Below, in pieces: positions 57,610-64,000 of a DNA stretch of 64,000 nucleotides (positions within the stretch are counted from its first letter, which is position 1; the number at the start of each line of letters is the position of its first letter). Origin of the DNA: Pseudomonadota bacterium (GTDB lineage: Bacteria; Bdellovibrionota_B; Oligoflexia; Silvanigrellales; Silvanigrellaceae); assembly GCA_039799905.1 (NCBI GenBank), contig JBDLRP010000032.1, positions 1-64,000 on the forward strand. The letters are read 5' to 3'. The translations under genes and the position numbers were made by a program. The notes under the pieces are model-generated. The model searched no databases. It was not told the DNA's origin and saw nothing but the letters and a program-made list of their open reading frames with translations.

Positions 57610-58539
57610 TCATCTCTCTATCATCGTTTCGGCAAGTTGTGTGTCAAACAGCGAGTCCTGTTCGCGGCCCATTGGACTTCCGAATGTGGCGAGAGTGTGG
57701 AGTATTGCCTTAACATTTTGAATTGATTTGTTTTTTGAGGTGAATCCGAGGGCTAGTTTTGCCCATGCTCCGTGCACAACTTCGCTGGGGTATTCGTGCA
57801 ATTCGTGCGCTTGAAGGATACTCTGCTTTTGAGCCGACATAAATTCATTCAATGCAAGCTCGCCCTCGTTTTTGCGCCAGGTGTTCATTTTTTCTTCACT
57901 ACGAATCAGGGTGTTGAAAAGTCCCTGCAACGAAATTTTCAAGTGTGAAGTGTCCAAATCCCGCAGCTGTGCCTCGAATCTGTATTGCGAAGCGTGCATG
58001 ATGAAGTCGAAAACTCTCCCGAGAGTGACGGGCATGCCGAGCATAGCCGCCTGGGCCACGAAGGTTGTACCGACTTTTTTGGCTGAGGCGTTGCCGACAA
58101 CCGATCGGACGTAGGTTGACGAACAGTGCAAAAGTTCTGGCGGACACAAGACAGCCCAAGTTTGGATACGCGAGTCGATGGTACGGTTGGAAAAATAGAG
58201 GTTGAACTCAGATTCGAAATCGGTTGTTGAACGCAGTCCGCGAATAAGATGGCGGATTCCGTGCGCACCTGCGTATTCCACCACCAGTCCGGGTGTGGTC
58301 GCGATGACCAGCGATTCACCCAAATGAAAGGGTGGTTCCCGCTTCCACCAATCGGTGCAGGGATCAACCGATGAAGCAATGATTCTCGCGCGAGTCATCG
58401 GATCAATGCTTCCCTGCTTGCTGGGATTCACTGCCACAAGCACATGGACCTCACTGAAGACGTCCGTTGCCGCACGCAGTACAGCTTCGTGTCCGACAGA
58501 CCATGGGTCAAAAGAACCCGCGTATATTGCTGAAGTCAT
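57610..58539 (-). CDS. coaD: Pantetheine-phosphate adenylyltransferase with C-terminal extension
   Basis: AIYAGSFDPWSVGH, NPSK, LIRGLRSTTDFESE, SSTYVR; about 140 extra C-terminal residues. Confidence 0.85.
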   Translation of the reverse strand: MTSAIYAGSFDPWSVGHEAVLRAATDVFSEVHVLVAVNPSKQGSIDPMTRARIIASSVDPCTDWWKREPPFHLGESLVIATTPGLVVEYAGAHGIRHLIRGLRSTTDFESEFNLYFSNRTIDSRIQTWAVLCPPELLHCSSTYVRSVVGNASAKKVGTTFVAQAAMLGMPVTLGRVFDFIMHASQYRFEAQLRDLDTSHLKISLQGLFNTLIRSEEKMNTWRKNEGELALNEFMSAQKQSILQAHELHEYPSEVVHGAWAKLALGFTSKNKSIQNVKAILHTLATFGSPMGREQDSLFDTQLAETMIER

Positions 58540-58698
58540 AAATCGCCCTTTGTCCGAATAAGGTAACGGTGCTTTTTTTTCCGAGTTTGCTGAGTCGTAT
58601 GTCACCCGACTGACCGAAGGTGCTTCTCTCGGAGTCGGTCCTGATTCTATCCTATCTATATATGCCTGAAAGCGGGCACATCGGCGAGGACCGGAGCC

Positions 58699-60066
58699 AT
58701 GGCAAGAATTCTTCTCCTAGATGACAGCCCCACAATGCATCGGGTGGTCAGGCTCACTTTTGCTGATGACCAGCGAATGGAAATTTCAGTCGCGCGCGAC
58801 AGGAGCGAGGCTGACCAGAATTTGTCATCCCGCAAGATAGATCTGATTATCGCTTATCTTCGCTTCGACGGTCTGACCGACCCCCGTTATTTCGAATCAC
58901 TTCGGCTCGTGACACCGCGTATTCTGCTGCTTGCCGAAAGCGAGGAAAACATCGAGCCATATGTGCGGGTCGGGTTGAACAACGTATTGCGCAAGCCATT
59001 CCATAGTGATGAACTCAGGCAAACCGTCGAAGACATGTTGGCGCAGAGTGGGTCCTCAGCTGAAATCCCTCCCGTGCCGGCCGCGACCGTCTCAGCTCCC
59101 ATGGTCCCACCCGCTCCGCCACCAGGGTTTTCTGCACCGGTCGCTCCACCTGCACCACCACCAGGGTTTTCTGCACCGGTTGCTCCACCTGCACCGCCAC
59201 CAGGGTTTTCTGCACAGGTTGCTCCTTCGCCTTCCTTGGGATCAAAGCCGCCGGCGAATTCTCTGGAGCAGTCCTCCGGCGCGGAGCCGGCGAAGATTAA
59301 TGAACCGCAAATTACCCTCGACTTGAGTTTCATGCAGATGAGCATCGAGCCGAATACCAAGTCTGGCGGGCAAACCGTGAACTCGGCGGAATTCGGTCCA
59401 TCGCCTGCGTCGATGATTTCTTTTTCGCCAGAGTTTCCGGATGTCGACGGAGCAGACACGCATTCTTTTGCGGGGAACGAGCCGACGTCGCTGATCCCTC
59501 CGCCGCCCGCTTCACAGCCAATGCAGCCGAGTCCGCCAAGTCCGTCGGCGATGCAGGCGCGCCCACTGGTTCCTCCGCCCGCGCCGCGTAAAACATTGAT
59601 TCAGGCTATCGAGCCTGCACCGGAGTCGAGCGAGCCGTTCGTCCTCGAAGAGGTGATGGTGTCGGCGAAATATAATACTCAAGTGCAACAGCCGCGCGGA
59701 CGGGAAATATCCGCCGGCGGCGCGCACTCCGGTGCGGTTGCACGACCGACAGAGAGCGTGGCCGGTGTGTCCCGTCAGGAAGTTGAAAAAATTGTCGGTG
59801 AGGCGGTCGAAAGTGCGGTGAGCAAGGCCGTCCGACAGGCACTGACTGATACGATTCCCGATTTGCGTCAGGCGCTGGTAGTTGAGGTCAGTCAGCGTGC
59901 GGTCGAGCAGCTGACCGAGGAATTGCTGGCAGTGAAAAAAGCATTGCGCGAGCAGATGCTGACTGACATTCGCGACGTAAGTGCGCAGTGGCTGCGCAAG
60001 GAAACACCGAATCTTGCCAAAGATGTAATTCGCGAAGAAATTCGTCGTGTCATTGAACAACTTTAA
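58699..60066 (+). CDS. RomR-like polarity protein (receiver-like domain, Pro-rich linker, helical C-terminus)
   Basis: ILLLDDSPTMHRVVRLTF and LRKPF; long Pro-rich linker; C-terminal PNLAKDVIREEIRRVI resembles the RomR tail. Confidence 0.75.
   Translation: MARILLLDDSPTMHRVVRLTFADDQRMEISVARDRSEADQNLSSRKIDLIIAYLRFDGLTDPRYFESLRLVTPRILLLAESEENIEPYVRVGLNNVLRKPFHSDELRQTVEDMLAQSGSSAEIPPVPAATVSAPMVPPAPPPGFSAPVAPPAPPPGFSAPVAPPAPPPGFSAQVAPSPSLGSKPPANSLEQSSGAEPAKINEPQITLDLSFMQMSIEPNTKSGGQTVNSAEFGPSPASMISFSPEFPDVDGADTHSFAGNEPTSLIPPPPASQPMQPSPPSPSAMQARPLVPPPAPRKTLIQAIEPAPESSEPFVLEEVMVSAKYNTQVQQPRGREISAGGAHSGAVARPTESVAGVSRQEVEKIVGEAVESAVSKAVRQALTDTIPDLRQALVVEVSQRAVEQLTEELLAVKKALREQMLTDIRDVSAQWLRKETPNLAKDVIREEIRRVIEQL
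59104..59220 (+). repeat. 39-bp coding tandem repeat x3 (APPAPPPGFSAPV)
   Basis: Three near-identical units at 59104, 59143 and 59182. Confidence 0.9.
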
Positions 60067-60087
60067 TAGAAATTAAAGACTGATAGA

Positions 60088-60996
60088 CTAGGTGAGTGTT
60101 TTGACCAGTGACAAAACCAACTGGGCAGGCAAATTGGCCTGCGTCAGCAGACTGGTTCCGGCTTGAACGAGTATGTTGGCCTTGGTGAGATTGGAGATCT
60201 CCGTCGCATAATCAACATCTCGGATGCGGCTTTGCGATGCCTGCAAGTTTTCGGACGCAACATCGAGAGCCTCTATCGCCTTGGCCATTCTTGCGCCGAC
60301 GGCGCCGAAGCTGGCCCGGAATCCCGAAACTTTGTCGAGCGCTTCGAGAAAACTTTCACCGACATTTGCGAGGCTCGTACCGAACACGCTTTCTATGTCG
60401 TCAATTGAAATACCATCACCCGTCAGAAGAGTCTTGAGTGACTGTATACCCAGATTTTCAGCTGTCGCGATAATCTCTTTGAAGCCCTCGAGCGAAACCA
60501 AACCAGGGTCATCGTCACCCTCCGCGCGTGACGGAGCTCCGATGCGGAATTGCATGGCTTCGCTTCTAGCGGCATCCGCCTGTGTATCGGCGAGCAAATT
60601 GACGCCGTTGTACTGTGTAGTCTTTGCGATCCGGTCGATTTCGTCGCGCAAGGTTTCGTACTCGACAAAAATAAACTTGCGCTCTTTGTCCGAGAGGGTC
60701 GGGCTGCCCGCCTGCATGGCAAGTTCCCGCAGTCGGTTGGTAATATTCGACACTTCGTTCAAGCCGGCATCAGCCGTCTGTACAAGAATGACGGCTTCGT
60801 TTGCGGTCCGTTTTTGCGCGGCAAACTCCCGCAGCCTGTGGCTCATGGTATCTGAAAGAGCTCGGTCAGCAGGGGCTGGGTTGCTGCGCGTGAAGACAAC
60901 CCCCGAGGACAATTTCTCGAGGCTGTTCTGCGCGTCCTCGTTTGCCCTGCGGACGTTGTTTTCTATTGTTGAATTTCCAACAATACGCAGACCCAT
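60088..60996 (-). CDS. fliC: Flagellin, short and divergent
   Basis: LEKLSSG, VQTADAGLNEV, RLRELAMQA, EIDRIA, YNG, SRIRDVDYATE, ILVQAG, QAN. Confidence 0.88.
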   Translation of the reverse strand: MGLRIVGNSTIENNVRRANEDAQNSLEKLSSGVVFTRSNPAPADRALSDTMSHRLREFAAQKRTANEAVILVQTADAGLNEVSNITNRLRELAMQAGSPTLSDKERKFIFVEYETLRDEIDRIAKTTQYNGVNLLADTQADAARSEAMQFRIGAPSRAEGDDDPGLVSLEGFKEIIATAENLGIQSLKTLLTGDGISIDDIESVFGTSLANVGESFLEALDKVSGFRASFGAVGARMAKAIEALDVASENLQASQSRIRDVDYATEISNLTKANILVQAGTSLLTQANLPAQLVLSLVKTLT

Positions 60997-61031
60997 GACA
61001 ATTCGTCTCCCTGCAGCTGTTCGGCCGGAAG

Positions 61032-62516
61032 CTATCCGGCCTGTCGCTGTTCCTCAGGGGTATCGACGAGGTTTAGAATCTCTTGAGCGCACTGTTCAAG
61101 TTGTTCAGTGATTTCAGCGTGATGAGAGGTTGAGGTTGGTTGCGGCAATGCTGCCTGACGGACCGTATTGCTCACCAAAAGTGAAATGGAATCAAATTCC
61201 GCGCGCGCGTTGGCCAGTGATGCGCTGGCACGAATCAGCCAATCATCCGCACGAACGATTTCACTCTCTCCCTGCTGCTGAACTTGCAGCAACTCCTCAG
61301 ACCTGCCGACCTCATTCTGCAGGGCTGTGTTCAACGACTGCATAAGATGTGCAAGGCTGCTTAGATTATTCTCTGTGTGAACGAAGGCTTCAATTGCAGC
61401 ATTTGAATATTCTCGCAGGATTCGTGAACCTTTGGCTACCATGCGACTGCGGTTGAGTGTTGATTGGCTTGCATTGCGGGCGGTGCAGAGCTGGTCTTCC
61501 ATACCGATGTAGAGCCTGGACATCTGTCCGATGTGCTCACGGAGTAGCATCAGTTTTTTGTCCGCCTCGTCGCTGTTGCCGTTTGTATTACTCAACTCGG
61601 TATGACTTCCGCTCAGCATGTCGGTGGCCAATTTGGCTTCACTCTCGATGGCCTCAATGCGGTCAAACATATCACGAGTGGCTGCGGACGAGCGTTCCGC
61701 CAACTTGCGGATGTCGTCCGCCACCACCGCGAATCCTTTGCCATGTTCACCCGCTCTGGAAGCCTCGATGCTGGCGTTCAGAGCGAGCAAATTTGTCTGC
61801 TCGGAGATGTCATCAATGACGTCGACGATGTGCACAATGCTGCTGACACGGTCCTGCAGCAAAGACATCTTGTCGCGCAGGCTCTCGATCGTTGTAAAAC
61901 TTCCGCTGAAAACCCGGCGCAGCGAATTCAGCGAATCACGAATTTTATGCGAGTCGGTGTGGATGTGTTCTTGGATTTGCTGCGCCTGTGAGGTGAATTG
62001 AGTCCATGCGTTGAGCACTTCGCTGAGCGTGCGTGTGTCATCTTCCAGTGACTTTGCGTCATTGAACATAGAGTCCGATAGGCGCGACCATGCTTTACTC
62101 TTTTCGCTGTTTGAGCGGGCCTGAGCGGCAGCATTATGGCAGCGAATCAATCCGCTCTGGGTCTGGCTCTGTGCGGCCATTACTCCCGTCAATTGGCCAT
62201 TGAGGAGTGTGGAGATCTTCTGCTGTGACTGCTCTGCGGAAGCAACTGCACGAAGCGAATCGTCGAGTCCTGAGCGAACTGATTCAAGGCCGTCACCGGT
62301 GGAGGTCAGAAGGTTTTTAACATCTTCAAGCGAGGTGCGGATGAATTCCTGCACTTCGGCGTTGGCGTTTGCGGACTGCTGACCTGCGAGTTGCCCGAGG
62401 CGTTGAACCTGAAGCGCAATTTCGCGGAGAATCAGGTCGACGGCCAAAGGCAGCCCTGTGCTTCCCTGCGGAGCAACAGCGACTGGGGATGCCTCAAAAG
62501 TTTGGTTGGCGTTCAC
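61032..62516 (-). CDS. Soluble methyl-accepting chemotaxis-like protein
   Basis: [40 protein letters not shown] signalling tip; no TM segment. Confidence 0.9.
   Translation of the reverse strand: MNANQTFEASPVAVAPQGSTGLPLAVDLILREIALQVQRLGQLAGQQSANANAEVQEFIRTSLEDVKNLLTSTGDGLESVRSGLDDSLRAVASAEQSQQKISTLLNGQLTGVMAAQSQTQSGLIRCHNAAAQARSNSEKSKAWSRLSDSMFNDAKSLEDDTRTLSEVLNAWTQFTSQAQQIQEHIHTDSHKIRDSLNSLRRVFSGSFTTIESLRDKMSLLQDRVSSIVHIVDVIDDISEQTNLLALNASIEASRAGEHGKGFAVVADDIRKLAERSSAATRDMFDRIEAIESEAKLATDMLSGSHTELSNTNGNSDEADKKLMLLREHIGQMSRLYIGMEDQLCTARNASQSTLNRSRMVAKGSRILREYSNAAIEAFVHTENNLSSLAHLMQSLNTALQNEVGRSEELLQVQQQGESEIVRADDWLIRASASLANARAEFDSISLLVSNTVRQAALPQPTSTSHHAEITEQLEQCAQEILNLVDTPEEQRQAG
61060..61086 (-). 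promoter_or_regulatory. Sigma-28 (FliA)-type promoter of the flagellin, embedded in the MCP 3' end
   Basis: TCAA-N15-GTCGATAC about 65 nt upstream of the flagellin ATG. Confidence 0.7.
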
Positions 62517-62558
62517 GGAATGCCTCCACTCGCCTTGTTACGTCGGCTTCAGACCGTG

Positions 62559-62585
62559 TGATCGGAGAGTTGGCGAGAGTCTCAA
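62559..62585 (-). promoter_or_regulatory. Candidate sigma-28 (FliA)-type promoter of the MCP gene
   Basis: TTGA-N15-TCCGATCA in the intergenic gap. Confidence 0.5.
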
Positions 62586-62594
62586 GTCGGTGCG

Positions 62595-63521
62595 TCATTG
62601 GTTCGGACACTGGGCAATTTTTTTCACAAGTGGCTTGAGGCTCTGTGGAACCAAATCTTCCGATTTTTTCTGGCTGAGATCGATTTCAAGATGTTCATCG
62701 CTCCAGCTGATCTTGAGCTTCTCTTGAGAACTGAAGCTGAGCGTGACTCCGAAGTCTTTGAGTCGTTCGTTGGCCATTTGCGCTGCTTCTTCCCGATTGC
62801 GTGCAAGAGAGAGACGCAGGCCGAGCAAATTGACAGCGGCTGCCATGGCCGGATCGATTACGACCGCAGGACGGGGGGGTGGCGTGGGTGCGGCAGCAGG
62901 TGCGGGGGGTGCTGCTGCGGGAGCTGCTTTGCGAGCCGGCTTTTTGAGTTTCACTTTGAGCTTCTTGAAAACTTCATCATCGAGCAGGGGCTGCGAATCA
63001 TCAATAAAATGTTCCCGTTCACGATTCTGCTGCGCAGACACTCCGACGGCACCGCGCGAAGCTTCAAGAAGCCCCGAAAGTTTGAGCCGCCCGGGCTCGA
63101 CTCCGTAGAGTCTGCACAGCCCGTTGGAGAGTTGCTGAACCGTGGCAATCACCGGAACAATTTTCTTGCCAAGAAAGAATTCGAGTTGGTTGAGGGTGCC
63201 TTTGTCTGTCGGGTCTTCGATGAGTGCGTATATTTGGTTTTTTTCTTCCGCAATCGGCAGTACGCAATAGTGCAGGGCGACGTCGGCTGGAATGATGGCA
63301 CGCAGCGAATCATCCAATTCTTCAATCACCTGATCGGTTGCCGCCGAGAATCCGTAGTATCTTTGCAGCAGTTCCTTGATCTCGCCGGGGGTTGCGACGT
63401 TTAGAGAACGCAACACGCGGACTGGGTTCTCGCCCAGCTGACGGGAGGTCCTACGGAGTGCGGAGAGCTCGGTAGACGACAAGTGTCCATCCTGATACAT
63501 CAATTGAAGCAAATCATGCAT
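62595..63521 (-). CDS. Stand-alone GspE/PilB N-terminal (MshEN-like) domain protein
   Basis: IPADVALHYCVLPI, IEDPTD, LEFFLGKKIVPVIAT and LCRLYG match the GSPII_E N-domain; Pro/Ala linker; no Walker A. Confidence 0.75.
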   Translation of the reverse strand: MHDLLQLMYQDGHLSSTELSALRRTSRQLGENPVRVLRSLNVATPGEIKELLQRYYGFSAATDQVIEELDDSLRAIIPADVALHYCVLPIAEEKNQIYALIEDPTDKGTLNQLEFFLGKKIVPVIATVQQLSNGLCRLYGVEPGRLKLSGLLEASRGAVGVSAQQNREREHFIDDSQPLLDDEVFKKLKVKLKKPARKAAPAAAPPAPAAAPTPPPRPAVVIDPAMAAAVNLLGLRLSLARNREEAAQMANERLKDFGVTLSFSSQEKLKISWSDEHLEIDLSQKKSEDLVPQSLKPLVKKIAQCPNQ

Positions 63522-63692
63522 TTCAGTTGTGTCCTCGGCTGTGGGTCAGCTCCCACTCCCCAGAGAATACACGGCTTTTTGCAAAGATGTTGGGCAAGAC
63601 TTTGCGCGCTGACCGAGGGATTGACGTGCGCCTTGAAATCTTGTGGTAATGTGTTTCTGGCAAAGTCTCCAAGGAGTGAGGGACCCTGATTT

Positions 63693-64000
63693 ATGAGCAA
63701 GGCGGATTTGGCGGCCGAGAGAAAACTTCAGATTATCAATGCGACAATCGAGTGCATCGCACGTTATGGCTACAACAATTTTTCGATGCAGGATGTCGCG
63801 CGTATTGCTGACGTTTCGAAAGGAATTATTCATTACTACTTCCTCAACAAGGAAGACCTGATGATGGCCGTTCTCGACAGAGTGGCCGGCGACATTGAAG
63901 GTTTGCTTGCAGGAATTACTGAGAAAACGCAGGATCCCGTCGAACAACTCCGCCAGCTTATTCGCGTCTGCTTTGACATCGTTCGCCAGAAGCGTGAGTA
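63693..64000 (+). CDS. TetR/AcrR-family regulator (partial, runs off window end)
   Basis: Not in the ORF track; manual translation MSKADLAAERKLQIINATIECIARYGYNNFSMQDVARIADVSKGIIHYYFLNKEDL. Confidence 0.92.
   Translation, partial: MSKADLAAERKLQIINATIECIARYGYNNFSMQDVARIADVSKGIIHYYFLNKEDLMMAVLDRVAGDIEGLLAGITEKTQDPVEQLRQLIRVCFDIVRQKRE

Noticed and set aside
60224..63404. Antisense ORFs of 295 aa (60224-61111) and 268 aa (62598-63404)
   Set aside because: No motifs or RBS; they shadow well-supported minus-strand genes.
63591..63605. TGGGCAAGACTTTGC as a sigma-54 promoter for the TetR gene
   Set aside because: GG-N10-GC spacing fits but the -24 box is poor and there is no supporting enhancer context.

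Overview
Densely coded bacterial chromosome segment with about 52 CDS and one tRNA-Arg(TCT). Gene content suggests Bdellovibrionota or a related predatory deltaproteobacterial lineage (inference): TIGR02147-like regulator, RomR-like protein, pilB-pilT-pilC, orphan flagellin, and many exported peptidases and lipoproteins. Housekeeping genes include pnp, def, acs, coaD, tatD, hrpB, tldD/tldE, an ABC-F protein and clsB. No transposase, integrase, prophage, rRNA or CRISPR array was seen. Most notable signals: (1) a recurring sigma-28/FliA-like promoter motif ahead of the flagellin and about seven other genes; (2) an accessory block at about 23.2-30.6 kb holding a sigma-54 activator, its probable enhancer pair and -24/-12 promoter, a barrel-like protein, an M48 protease, a TIGR02147-like regulator, acidic-tailed lipoproteins, a three-domain c-type cytochrome lipoprotein and a structured leader; (3) an RluA-RlmK-like fusion; (4) a very divergent trypsin-like lipoprotein missed by the ORF track; (5) an MshEN-like/soluble MCP/divergent flagellin cluster converging on a pseudo-receiver RomR-like gene. 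All family assignments come from motif recognition by eye, not database searches, and novelty cannot be established from the window alone.
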